From: an uncultured Candidatus Peribacteria bacterium
GTDB lineage: Bacteria > Patescibacteriota > Gracilibacteria > Peribacterales > Peribacteraceae
Reading direction: 5' to 3'
Length of the DNA stretch: 64,000 bases
NCBI GenBank assembly: GCA_964460475.1
Contig: CAYWPP010000004.1
Span: 22,977-86,976 of the forward strand
Positions 44,736 to 53,733 of this stretch are shown here, piece after piece. The translations under genes were made by a program, and so were the position numbers. The notes beneath the pieces were generated by a model. The model did no database searches, had not been told where the DNA came from, and was given only the letters and a program-made list of their open reading frames with translations. Every line of letters begins with the position of its first letter. The stretch's first letter is position 1.

Positions 44736-44882
44736 AAAATACTAAAATACTAGAATACTATGCGAAAGAAACGCATAAACATGCGAAAGAACGAGAGATG
44801 AAACATGTTTATTGCTTTTCTCCCTTCGTTGTTTTGCATCTTTTTTTAGTATTTTAGTATTTTAGTATTCTAGTATTTTTAC
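44735..44882. repeat. ORF-less hairpin cassette of the AATACTA/TGCGAAA family
   Basis: The arms are GAAAATACTAAAATACTAGAATACTATGCGAAAG... and ...GCATCTTTTTTTAGTATTTTAGTATTTTAGTATTCTAGTATTTTTAC. They are centred on the palindrome AAACATGTTT (44801-44810). Confidence 0.8.
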
Positions 44883-44884
44883 TG

Positions 44885-44910
44885 AAAAAGCCGACGATAG
44901 ACTCGTCGGC
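44885..44910 (-). terminator. Rho-independent terminator of the zinc-ribbon gene
   Basis: The minus strand reads GCCGACGA-GTCTA-TCGTCGGC followed by TTTTT. Confidence 0.75.
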
Positions 44911-44940
44911 CCTTTCGAAACACCTTTCGATGTTCTGCAT

Positions 44941-45216
44941 TTAGCTGCGCTTCGCCATGAAGCACGGCTTGCAGAGGATGGGCTTGCCTCCTTCCTCGAC
45001 GGGGCGAGGCTTGAAGGGAACCTGGCAGGCGGCACCGCACTCCGCGCAAACCGCGTCGTGCATTTCACCGCTGCCCCGCTGCTGCTTTCGCTGCGCGCGG
45101 CAATCCTTGCAGCGCTGAGGTGCGCTCAAACCCTTGGAGTTGTAGAACTCCTGTTCGCCTTCCGTGAAGGTGAACGTGGCACCGCAGTCGCGGCATGTGA
45201 TCTCCTGATCGGCCAT
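44941..45216 (-). CDS. zinc-ribbon domain protein (two CxxC pairs, duplicated)
   Basis: CRDCGATFTFTEGEQEFY...CKDC and CAECGAACQVPF...CKPC. Confidence 0.75.
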   Translation of the reverse strand: MADQEITCRDCGATFTFTEGEQEFYNSKGLSAPQRCKDCRAQRKQQRGSGEMHDAVCAECGAACQVPFKPRPVEEGGKPILCKPCFMAKRS

Positions 45217-45339
45217 AATGGGAATAAGGATGAAGGAAATAAAGTGACAGTAATTCCTTCTCCCAGTTTCTCGGTTCTAGACGATAGGACGTGTTCGAAG
45301 GGCACTGCGCTCTCATGATCGCAACGATTGCCATCTTTG

Positions 45340-46860
45340 TCAAGAAGACGCGCGCAGGAGCGAGCGGAGAATGCGCCTGCTTCGCGCGTGCCTGCACGCC
45401 GAGAGCCATTCCTTGGCGACCGTCCGCGTGCGTGCGTAGAAAGGCTCGACCGTGTCGCCGTCGTGGAGGGGTGCGTGCAACACCGACATGCGACCGTTCA
45501 CTCGGACGCCCTTCAGCCGGGGCAGGCGCCTGTCCTTTGCAAGACACAGGAAGTCGAGCACGGTTGCCGGACGCTTCAGATGAAAGAGATTGTTCTGCAC
45601 ATCGAACACGGGCACATGATCGTCCCGAAAGTACTGTCGAAGCGCCACTGCGAACTGCTGCGGCGACCGCGATTCTTCCCGGAGACTCTCCAGATTCCGA
45701 AACAGATGTACGCGGGCCGGCGGGCAGTGCAGGGAGTAGAGAAAATGCTTGTAATCGCAGTGCGACGCTACCCCGTGTTCGGCGCGGTCATGCATGTCGC
45801 GCGTACGGATCTGAATTTCGAGCGGCTGCTCGGTCACGCCGGGGAGCGGAAACACGACGGTATGGATCGAGCGGTAGCCGTTCTCCTTCGGCGCACCGAT
45901 GTAGTCCTTCAGCTTTCCCGGAATCGGATGCATGCGCGCATGCACGATGGACAGGGCTAGGTAACATTCGTCGAGGGAAGACACGATGATGCGCAATGCA
46001 AGGCGATCGGTAATCTCCTCAAAACTCCGGCGCTTGAGCGACATTTTCCGGTAGGTGGAGTAGAGCCCCTTGATGCGCGAATCGATGTCGCAGTCAATCC
46101 CCTTCTCGCGAAGATGACGAAGGAGAAACGTACGCGCATGACGCAGGCAGACGTCATCAAGCTTCTTCATCCGCAGAAATTTTCCGCGCAGGTGTTTCGA
46201 GATCGTAGGATAGAGGTAAGAGAAGCACAGGTCTTCCATCTCGTAGCGCCACGCGTACATGCCGAGCCTGCCTGCGATGGCGGTGTACATGTGCAGCGTT
46301 TCACGGGCGATGGCACGCCGCAGGCCGGGAGCAAATCGGGCGAGGTGACGCACGTCATTCAGGCGATGCGCCATGCGCAGCGGCAGCAATCGCTCATCGG
46401 AAGAAAAGGCCGCGATGACGGTATCAAGATCCTTCGTTTTCTCATCAATGTGGAGCCGGCGCAGCGTGTGCATCCGCCGCACGAGTTCTCTCTCTCCGGC
46501 GGTGAGCGGGGAAGTACGCAGGAGCCGTTCACCCTCGGGATGGATGAGAACGTCATGCAAATGCGCGACGGCGCGGAGCGATGCATCGTCGGTAATTTCG
46601 GAGAGCGCCCGGGCAATCTCTTCGCCGTGCGCGGCGTATGATTCTCCGCTGCGCCGCAGCAGGGAAGAGAGATGCGTACGCGCAAAAGAACGCGCGCGAC
46701 GTACGTGATCCGTTGCCGCGGATGCCGTCCTTCCTGCGGGCACGATGCAAGTATACCAGCACATGCACGCGGGAAGCGGAACGAAAATTCTTGCCTTCAC
46801 GCGAAAAGTCGCAGCAGGCATAACTGGCTCTTTTCTCAAGGAAAATCCGTCTGCCCGCAC
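45340..46860 (-). CDS. RelA/SpoT homologue (HD, synthetase and TGS domains; no ACT/C-terminal region)
   Basis: RSGESYAAHGEEIA...HLHDV (HD). RIKGLYSTYRKM...DRLALRIIV...DYIGAPKENGYRSIHTVV...EIQIRTRDMHDRAEHGVASHCDYK (synthetase). A TGS-like C-terminus. The start is uncertain (GTG 46860 or a downstream ATG). Confidence 0.85.
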   Translation of the reverse strand: MRADGFSLRKEPVMPAATFRVKARIFVPLPACMCWYTCIVPAGRTASAATDHVRRARSFARTHLSSLLRRSGESYAAHGEEIARALSEITDDASLRAVAHLHDVLIHPEGERLLRTSPLTAGERELVRRMHTLRRLHIDEKTKDLDTVIAAFSSDERLLPLRMAHRLNDVRHLARFAPGLRRAIARETLHMYTAIAGRLGMYAWRYEMEDLCFSYLYPTISKHLRGKFLRMKKLDDVCLRHARTFLLRHLREKGIDCDIDSRIKGLYSTYRKMSLKRRSFEEITDRLALRIIVSSLDECYLALSIVHARMHPIPGKLKDYIGAPKENGYRSIHTVVFPLPGVTEQPLEIQIRTRDMHDRAEHGVASHCDYKHFLYSLHCPPARVHLFRNLESLREESRSPQQFAVALRQYFRDDHVPVFDVQNNLFHLKRPATVLDFLCLAKDRRLPRLKGVRVNGRMSVLHAPLHDGDTVEPFYARTRTVAKEWLSACRHARSRRILRSLLRASS

Positions 46861-46930
46861 GACGGCGAGACGAACGAAACGCGCGGCATATTGACAGTCG
46901 ACGCGCGAGGAGTAGCGTGAATCCTAACCT

Positions 46931-47764
46931 ATGGAACATCACATCTCACATCATCGGCAGGACATGCAGGAAGCACGAGCCGAGAGAGCGGAACAAATGG
47001 AAGGAACGCCAAAACAAATCGCGCCGAGGGGAAGAATCACGAGGACGGCACTCGCCGCCATCGCGGGGTTGGGAGTGCTCGGCACGGGGAATGACGCATG
47101 CGCCGATGAGAAGCAAAATACTGCGCCGGTAGAAAAGCGCACTGCAGAGAATACAAATAGATCGCTTCCCGATCACGCGGTGAGCAATGAGCACACGATA
47201 CAGTGGACCGCACCTGTTTCCTCCGAAGAAGAGGAACGCTTTCAGAGCGCCGTGCTGACCTTCGTCAGGCTGCGTGCCCGCGCACATGCCGAGTGGAAGG
47301 CGGAGGTGGAGGAAGCGAAGCTTGCCGAGCGTGCATTGGGAAAGGACGGAAACCTGCAAGCGCTGCACACATTGGTTGCTCGTCACATTGAGGAGAACGC
47401 ATACGGCGAGAGGCTGAAACCCTTGCGCGCAGCCGCCAAGAAGGGAGACGTAGAGGCGATTGCGGCGGAAGGGAAGGTGGACGACTGGCTTGCGGAACAA
47501 GCGAACAGGACCGTCGGCAATACTATTAAAAAAGCTGTTGCAATCAGACTGATAGAGGACAGATACAGAAAAGGGCTCACCATACGAGCGGAACAACTCT
47601 CGGAACGCATCGGGAAGAGAGAGGTGACGGTCGAAGACTTGCGCCGCGCAATCCGCACGCTCATCCGAGAGGAAGACACACGGAGAGAGTCACTCCTCGT
47701 GCAGGACGCTCCCGTCGTCGCACAACCTGTCTCGGCCACCGTGCAGAGCGAAGCCGGCAACTGA
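46931..47764 (+). CDS. hypothetical exported protein (possible Tat-like signal)
   Basis: RGRITRTALAAIAGLGVLG, followed by helical Glu/Ala/Arg-rich sequence. Confidence 0.5.
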   Translation: MEHHISHHRQDMQEARAERAEQMEGTPKQIAPRGRITRTALAAIAGLGVLGTGNDACADEKQNTAPVEKRTAENTNRSLPDHAVSNEHTIQWTAPVSSEEEERFQSAVLTFVRLRARAHAEWKAEVEEAKLAERALGKDGNLQALHTLVARHIEENAYGERLKPLRAAAKKGDVEAIAAEGKVDDWLAEQANRTVGNTIKKAVAIRLIEDRYRKGLTIRAEQLSERIGKREVTVEDLRRAIRTLIREEDTRRESLLVQDAPVVAQPVSATVQSEAGN

Positions 47765-47790
47765 CGTTCCTGTTGCCTCACGATCCCCCG

Positions 47791-47799
47791 TGGTATGAT
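47791..47799 (+). promoter_or_regulatory. extended -10 TGGTATGAT, 6 nt upstream of ATG 47806
   Basis: Read directly from the sequence. Confidence 0.45.
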
Positions 47800-47805
47800 C
47801 GGCGC

Positions 47806-48321
47806 ATGCGTCGCATGATCGCCGCCACCGTGGTCAGTCTCGGACTGTTGCCCGCCCTCGCGCTTGCAACCGAAACAACGGAACGGCGCGGAGCCGTGAG
47901 GCGGCCCCCGACAACGATTCGTCATGTCCCGAACCTCGTTCCGCACGATGCCGATGCGGCCGAGGAGACGAGACGGGCGCTGGATTCGTTCTGGATGCTC
48001 AAGAAAGGAATCACCTCTCCCGACAACCCCGTCATCAGGCAACGTACGCGGGAGATCGCTCCGTCACGCGTGCGCGCACCCGCAACCGAGGTACGCTCAC
48101 TCACAAACCCGCTGCTGGAACGGTTCTGGCTCCTGAAGAAAGGCGAAGCTCAGCGCGAGCCGGGAAGTCCGCGCACGGCACCGGGCATTCCGCGTTCCGT
48201 TCCGCCGGCGACGAAACGGGGTGATGCGAACGAACGGCAGCGTGATGCGCTGCATGAGTTGTGGCTGAAGAAGAAAAACGGTTCCCTCGACGTGTCGACC
48301 TTCCGGCGGCGACGGGATTAA
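47806..48321 (+). CDS. hypothetical exported protein with three FW(M/L)LKKG-type repeats
   Basis: Signal peptide MRRMIAATVVSLGLLPALALA. Repeats DSFWMLKKG, ERFWLLKKG and ELWLKKKNG. Confidence 0.5.
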   Translation: MRRMIAATVVSLGLLPALALATETTERRGAVRRPPTTIRHVPNLVPHDADAAEETRRALDSFWMLKKGITSPDNPVIRQRTREIAPSRVRAPATEVRSLTNPLLERFWLLKKGEAQREPGSPRTAPGIPRSVPPATKRGDANERQRDALHELWLKKKNGSLDVSTFRRRRD

Positions 48322-48767
48322 TGGTGGTAGCCGCTGCCCGCGAGAATCGCATGGGCGCGATAGAGTTGTTCCGTGAACACGAGTTGCGCAAGTTCGTGCG
48401 GGAACGTCATGGAGGAAAGTGAGAGGAGCAGATCCGCCGCCTTTCTGACATCGTCGGAAAACCCATACGCACCGCCGATTGCGAACACGAGCGGCAGTCC
48501 CCCGTCCCGCTCCCGACCGACGAATGCGGCAAGATCCGCCGAGGTCATGGCCTTGCCGGTTTCATCGAGGACGATCTTCGTGCCTTCGCGCTTCGTCATC
48601 GCCTCCGTCATGCGCGCGGACTCTTCCTCAGGAGCACCCGGACGCAACACGACACGCTCGAAGCGTGCGAGCGGTGCGAGACGTGACAAGTAAAAGTCGA
48701 TGCCATCCGCGATCCACGGCGTCTTTACCTTGCCGACGGAGAGCAGCGTGATCGACTGCATGATCAC
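48318..48767 (-). CDS. rlmH: 23S rRNA (pseudouridine1915-N3)-methyltransferase
   Basis: SPOUT fold. Typical length, with a C-terminal FPHELAQLVFTEQLYRA motif. Confidence 0.9.
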   Translation of the reverse strand: MIMQSITLLSVGKVKTPWIADGIDFYLSRLAPLARFERVVLRPGAPEEESARMTEAMTKREGTKIVLDETGKAMTSADLAAFVGRERDGGLPLVFAIGGAYGFSDDVRKAADLLLSLSSMTFPHELAQLVFTEQLYRAHAILAGSGYHH

Positions 48768-50224
48768 TTCCTGCTGAGCGACGCGACGAGCTCGATGTGT
48801 GCGGTGTGCGGGAACATGTCCACGGGTTGCACTGCGCGCAGGTCGTAGCCGCCCTTCAGGAGTTGGCCCAGATCGCGCGCGAACGTCGCGGGATTGCAGG
48901 AAACGTACACCACTTTTTCCGGACGATGCGCGAGGATCGCATCGAGCGCGCGGGGATGAAGACCGGCACGGGGCGGATCGACGACCATCGTGTTGAACGC
49001 GTACTTCCCGCCGGGCTTCAGCTGCAGGTGCAGCACCTGTTCGGCGCGTCCCTTGTAGAAACTGATGTTGCCGATCTTGTTCTTTCCGGCGCTCTTGAGC
49101 GCATCGTCGATGGCCGCAGGATGCGATTCGATTCCCACGACTTTCTCGCAGTAGCGCGCGAGGTACTGTCCGATGGTTCCCATGCCGCAGTACGCATCCA
49201 GCACCGTATCGCGCGGCGACAAATCCGCGGCATCACGTATGGCCTGATAGAGCTTCTCCGCACCGAGCGTGTTGGTCTGGAAAAACGAGAACGGATGAAT
49301 CTCGAACGTAAGGTCAAAGAGGCGCTCGCGGACGAAGGGATCGCCCGTCAGCGTGTGTATCTTCGGATTCTCCGGCTTGTCGTTGAGGCCGAAGTGCTCC
49401 ACGAGCAGGAGGGACGTGAGATGCGGCCTCCCCGCGAAACGCATGAAGTGCTGCATGAGCGGTTCCAGCTCCTTCTTCCGCGCCTGCACGATGAAACAAA
49501 TCATGTGTTCGCCGGTGTTCACGCCCCGCCGGAGGAGCAGGTGTCGCAACATGCCCTTGTGCGTCTTCGGATTGTAGACGGGAAGGTTCTTCTCCTTCAT
49601 GAATTTGCGTACGTCCGACAGAAGTGAGGGAAGCTGCTCATCGTAGAGATGGCATTCATGCACCGGAAGGATGGTCGACCATTGTCCGGGACGATGGAAA
49701 CCGATATCCGGATTCTCGTCGAAGTAGACGCGTTTCGTCTTGCCGCCCTGCATCTCGCGGTCCTCATGTCGCATGTTCGCGTATCCGAACGTCAGCTCCA
49801 ACTTATTTCGGTAGTTGAAGACCTGGGGACTCGGAATGATTTTCACCACGCGTTTGCCGAGCGTCTTACGAATCGCGTCGTCGACCGGCGTCAGGTGTTC
49901 CAGCGTCTCGCGCACGATGTTCTCCTTGTACTCGACCTGCTTCACGTAGTGCAGGTTCTGCCACGTGCAACCGCCGCACTCACCGAAGTGCGGACACTTC
50001 GCGGCGATTTCGTCTTTGGAACGCTTGAGCACTTTCTCCACCGTGGCCTCTGCGAAGGTCCCTTTTCGCTTTCGAATCACGACCGACACCTTCTGCCCCG
50101 GAATGGCCCCGGCCACGAAGACCGGAAACCCGTTTACCCGACCCAATCCGGCTCCGCCGTGGGTCAGTGCTTCAATAGTGAGTTCAAGCCGCTCACCGGG
50201 CGCTGGAAGACCGTCTGTTGACAT
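48764..50224 (-). CDS. RumA/TrmA-family RNA (uracil-5)-methyltransferase
   Basis: TRAM-like N-terminus, Fe-S Cys cluster CPHFGECGGCTWQ, SAM-binding DAYCGMGTIG, catalytic VYVSCNPATFARD. ATG 50224. Confidence 0.88.
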   Translation of the reverse strand: MSTDGLPAPGERLELTIEALTHGGAGLGRVNGFPVFVAGAIPGQKVSVVIRKRKGTFAEATVEKVLKRSKDEIAAKCPHFGECGGCTWQNLHYVKQVEYKENIVRETLEHLTPVDDAIRKTLGKRVVKIIPSPQVFNYRNKLELTFGYANMRHEDREMQGGKTKRVYFDENPDIGFHRPGQWSTILPVHECHLYDEQLPSLLSDVRKFMKEKNLPVYNPKTHKGMLRHLLLRRGVNTGEHMICFIVQARKKELEPLMQHFMRFAGRPHLTSLLLVEHFGLNDKPENPKIHTLTGDPFVRERLFDLTFEIHPFSFFQTNTLGAEKLYQAIRDAADLSPRDTVLDAYCGMGTIGQYLARYCEKVVGIESHPAAIDDALKSAGKNKIGNISFYKGRAEQVLHLQLKPGGKYAFNTMVVDPPRAGLHPRALDAILAHRPEKVVYVSCNPATFARDLGQLLKGGYDLRAVQPVDMFPHTAHIELVASLSRK

Positions 50225-50267
50225 TATATAAGATATATAGTATAAATAACAACTTTCTGACCCACTC

Positions 50268-51173
50268 ATGCGAGAAACCCGCGTCCTCCTCTCCGCTCTC
50301 ACCATCGGTATCGTAAGCCTCGCGGCGGCTCACGCGAGCAGTGTGACAGAAACGGCACCGGTTTCACAAGTCAAAATCGAGGCGATACCTGCGGAGCCAC
50401 AACCTTCCGCACAAGAACGCCTGGCGGTAGAAAGGGGGCAGAAGGCGACGACTCCGACGCTCTCACTCTCCGTTGACGATCACGCCTCCCTCCACATTCA
50501 TGCCGCCGACGTTCGTGAGGAGAGCACGCTCCTCAGCGCGGTGGATCATGAGGATATTCAGGAACGACACCGGATCATCGCCGACGAAACGTTGCGGGTG
50601 ATCGACGCGCGATGCAGGGAACACCTCACGGATTTCTACGTTCGGTACGACAATCCGAAGAGTCGGGGTCTTGGCGGAGGCAGCACGATCATTCTGTCGG
50701 GCAACGTGTCGGATGACGAATTCCGCGCCCTTCTGATTCACGAGTGCGCGCACGTGATCGACACGGGATCATGGAACGGCACGGCGGCTGCCGGAGTCTC
50801 CGCATTCACCGACCACGGCAATCCGATTTACGAGGATGATCCCAGCCTCGGTTTCTACCGCATCAGCTGGATCGACGAGGAGACCAAGAAGGAAGGATCG
50901 AAGAAGGAAGATTTCGCCTCGGGATACGGTGCATGGAATCCCTTCGAGGACTTTGCCGAAAGCTTCGCGCTCTTTACTCTCCATAAAGGTGAATTCCTGC
51001 GTCGCGCGCAGGCGAACGACGTCATGATGCAGAAGTACCTATGGTTGTCCGGATACGTCGGACAGGAAGAAGAAGTAAGTGTGCTCAGCGGTTACGCCTG
51101 GGACGGCACGGTGCCGTGGGACATCACGAAGCTCGCCTATCGATGGATGGCCGAAGCGGTGACCGCGCGCTGA
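50268..51173 (+). CDS. exported HExxH protein (putative zinc metallopeptidase-like)
   Basis: Signal peptide. LLIHECAHVID plus a downstream NPFEDFAESF. Confidence 0.55.
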   Translation: MRETRVLLSALTIGIVSLAAAHASSVTETAPVSQVKIEAIPAEPQPSAQERLAVERGQKATTPTLSLSVDDHASLHIHAADVREESTLLSAVDHEDIQERHRIIADETLRVIDARCREHLTDFYVRYDNPKSRGLGGGSTIILSGNVSDDEFRALLIHECAHVIDTGSWNGTAAAGVSAFTDHGNPIYEDDPSLGFYRISWIDEETKKEGSKKEDFASGYGAWNPFEDFAESFALFTLHKGEFLRRAQANDVMMQKYLWLSGYVGQEEEVSVLSGYAWDGTVPWDITKLAYRWMAEAVTAR

Positions 51174-51180
51174 AGCGGTC

Positions 51181-51189
51181 TGCTATCAT
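51181..51189 (+). promoter_or_regulatory. extended -10 TGCTATCAT, 6 nt upstream of ATG 51196
   Basis: Read directly from the sequence. Confidence 0.45.
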
Positions 51190-51195
51190 GCCGTC

Positions 51196-51999
51196 ATGCG
51201 ACGGACCATCCTGCTCCTCGTCTGGCTTACGGCCGATCTGTGTCTGTTCATCGGCGCGTACTTGGCGGCGTACTTACTGAGGGTCGGCCCGATCAACTCC
51301 ACGGATTATCCTCTGCCGCCGTACGTACGCACCGTCCTGATCATCGCTCCTCTGTGGCTTGCGGTTATGATGACGCTGCGCATTTACGGACTGACGAGAA
51401 TCCAAACCTCTGCCAGGAACATTCTGCATATCCTGTTTGCCTGTGCGATGGGACTTGCGATGTTCAATCTCACTCATTACTTCCTCACGCAGTTGATTTC
51501 CAGCAGGTTGCTCCTCGTCATCGCGGGATCGATGCACACCGTGACGGTCGTGGTCTGGCATTTGGCATTCGATCAGTGGCAGCGACGCATCCTCCGCAGG
51601 TCCCCGCCTGCCTATCCGATGCTCATCATCGGGGCGAACAGGGAAGCGGAGAGGCTGATCGCGTTGACGCGGGAGAAGAATTCCGTGTTCACGCCCGTCG
51701 CCGTCTTGGACAGCAGCGGCACGCAGAAAGCTGATATAGACGGCGTGCCCGTTCTGGGGAAACTCAACAAGCTGGAAGACGTGATCCGCACGAAGAAGAT
51801 CACGCATCTCGCACAGTGCGCCGATCTGGAACACACGTTGAATCTCCTCGGCGCCTGTCGGCAGCACGGCATTACGTACTTCCTGCTGCCGTCGGTACTC
51901 GGCATCGTGGAAGGCGACGAGAAGACGGAATCGCTGGAAGGCGTGCAGCCGGTCACGATGGTGTCGCAGTCGCCGAAGTGGATGTGGATGTTTCAATAG
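51196..51999 (+). CDS. N-terminal (TM plus CoA-binding-like) portion of a WbaP/WcaJ-type polyprenyl glycosylphosphotransferase; catalytic domain absent
   Basis: Four or five TM helices. Then MLIIGANREAERLI...GVPVLGKLNKLEDVIR...ITHLA, typical of the region that precedes the Bac_transf domain. The ORF stops before that domain. Confidence 0.6.
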   Translation: MRRTILLLVWLTADLCLFIGAYLAAYLLRVGPINSTDYPLPPYVRTVLIIAPLWLAVMMTLRIYGLTRIQTSARNILHILFACAMGLAMFNLTHYFLTQLISSRLLLVIAGSMHTVTVVVWHLAFDQWQRRILRRSPPAYPMLIIGANREAERLIALTREKNSVFTPVAVLDSSGTQKADIDGVPVLGKLNKLEDVIRTKKITHLAQCADLEHTLNLLGACRQHGITYFLLPSVLGIVEGDEKTESLEGVQPVTMVSQSPKWMWMFQ

Positions 52000-52035
52000 A
52001 TAGGAACCTCCTGTCAGATCGGTTACTCTGAACCC

Positions 52036-53004
52036 ATGCAGTGCCTCATTCTCGCCGGCGGTTTCGCCACGCGCCTGTGGCCGATCACGGAGAAACGCGC
52101 GAAGCCGCTCCTGCCGCTTGCCGGAGCGCCGATCCTCACGCATCTCGTCGGGAAGATCCCGGCGACGATTCCGGTAACCGTGAGCACGAACGCCGTCTTC
52201 GGCAAAGATATGCAGGCATGGGCGAAAACGATCGAAGGACGCGGCATCACGGTGTACATCGAGGACGCGGGACACGAAGAGGAAAAGCTCGGTGCGCTCG
52301 GTGCAATCCGGCGGTGGATGAAGGACGAGAATATCGATGACGATCTGTTGTTGGTGGCGGGTGACAACGTCGTCGGCTTCGGGCTCGACGCGCTGCTCGC
52401 TTCCTACCGCGGCACCACGCTGATCGCGGCGCATGACGTGGGCGATACCGAACAGGCGAAGCGATTCGGCACCATCGTCGTGCGCAAAGACGATACCGGG
52501 GACGCTAAAAGCGTCGTGACATTCGAGGAGAAGCCGGAACGCCCCTCTTCCACGCTCATCTCGACGGGATGCTCCGTCCTGCCGCGCGAGACGTTGCCGA
52601 TTCTCGCCGAGTATGCGGAAGAACACCCCGACAACATCGGTGGAATTTTCGAAGAGCTCTTGAAGCGCGGCGTGGGCGTCGATTGCAAGGTCTTCACGGA
52701 ACCGTGGCGGGATATCGGTTCGTTCGAGGCGTACTTGCAATCCCACAAGGACCTGGTGGGAGAGAACACGATGCTCGACGAAACGTCGGCCGTGGATGAG
52801 CGGAGCACGCTTGAAGGGAGCGTCGCGATCGGTCCGAAGTGCAAGGTGAGCGACAGCTCGATCAAGAACTGCGTTCTCTTCGGCAACACCGTGGTCGACG
52901 ACTGCATCCTGGAAGACTGCGTGATCGACGTCGGGTGCGTACTGAGGGGAATCGACGCCAGGGGAAAGATGCTGCGCGCCGGAACGGTGCTGCAGAGGCG
53001 GTGA
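52036..53004 (+). CDS. sugar-phosphate nucleotidyltransferase with a C-terminal left-handed beta-helix
   Basis: LILAGGFATRLWPIT..KPLLPLAG, with hexapeptide-repeat-like C-terminal segments. Confidence 0.85.
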   Translation: MQCLILAGGFATRLWPITEKRAKPLLPLAGAPILTHLVGKIPATIPVTVSTNAVFGKDMQAWAKTIEGRGITVYIEDAGHEEEKLGALGAIRRWMKDENIDDDLLLVAGDNVVGFGLDALLASYRGTTLIAAHDVGDTEQAKRFGTIVVRKDDTGDAKSVVTFEEKPERPSSTLISTGCSVLPRETLPILAEYAEEHPDNIGGIFEELLKRGVGVDCKVFTEPWRDIGSFEAYLQSHKDLVGENTMLDETSAVDERSTLEGSVAIGPKCKVSDSSIKNCVLFGNTVVDDCILEDCVIDVGCVLRGIDARGKMLRAGTVLQRR

Positions 53005-53053
53005 CCGGACGGTCGCATTGCTTCACATCGGCCTGTTCCCTACACTGCGGATC

Positions 53054-53722
53054 ATGCGCAGAACATCGATCATGATCGCCTCTCTCCTCTCCGTGACCGT
53101 CGTCGCATGCGGCGGCACGTGGCAGAGACAAACGTATGACGTCGCGCTGGATACGGATACCGCCGCACGGCGCGTGGAGCTGCTCATGGCATTGGAACAA
53201 GTGGCGACCCGCCGTCTGCTCTCCCGCGGCATCGAGGCCGTGGCGCTGACCTCACCGAAAGGAAACGGCGGCACGCTCACGATCAGCAACATCGCCACGG
53301 AGGAAGCCGGGGAGGAGATACGCGCGTTGCTCGCGGAACCCTTCACGTTCGACGTGCGCTACGAGGTGATTCCCGAAGCGACAGAAGAAGACGCGGAGCA
53401 GCCTGTGCCTGCTTGGGAATCGACGCCGCTCAACGGATCGCACCTCACGTGGATAGAAGTTCTTCCGCAGGAAGACGGTACGGCATCGGCCGAGCTGCAG
53501 TTTAACGAGGAGGGCAGAAGAATCTTCAACGAGCTGCTTGCCGAAGAAGATAAAGACACGCTCGGCATCTTCGTCCGCGATTTCCTCGTCTCGAAAGTCA
53601 CCATCAGCGCTTCGCAGTTGCAGGAGAGAATTTTGATCTCCGGCATCCCTTCCGTGGGGATGGCAACGGTCTTTGCGGAAGACGTCAATGTGGGTTTGCA
53701 TGTCAAACTCACTCCCCGCTAA
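53054..53722 (+). CDS. lipoprotein resembling the SecD periplasmic P1 head domain
   Basis: Lipobox VVACG. LQFNEEGRRIFNELLA...LGIFVRDFLVSKVTI...ISGIPS...A parallels SecD IQFDSEGARIFEELTA...IAIFVGGELISAPTV...ITGVGS...A. Confidence 0.5.
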   Translation: MRRTSIMIASLLSVTVVACGGTWQRQTYDVALDTDTAARRVELLMALEQVATRRLLSRGIEAVALTSPKGNGGTLTISNIATEEAGEEIRALLAEPFTFDVRYEVIPEATEEDAEQPVPAWESTPLNGSHLTWIEVLPQEDGTASAELQFNEEGRRIFNELLAEEDKDTLGIFVRDFLVSKVTISASQLQERILISGIPSVGMATVFAEDVNVGLHVKLTPR

Positions 53723-53733
53723 GCTAGAGCGCC

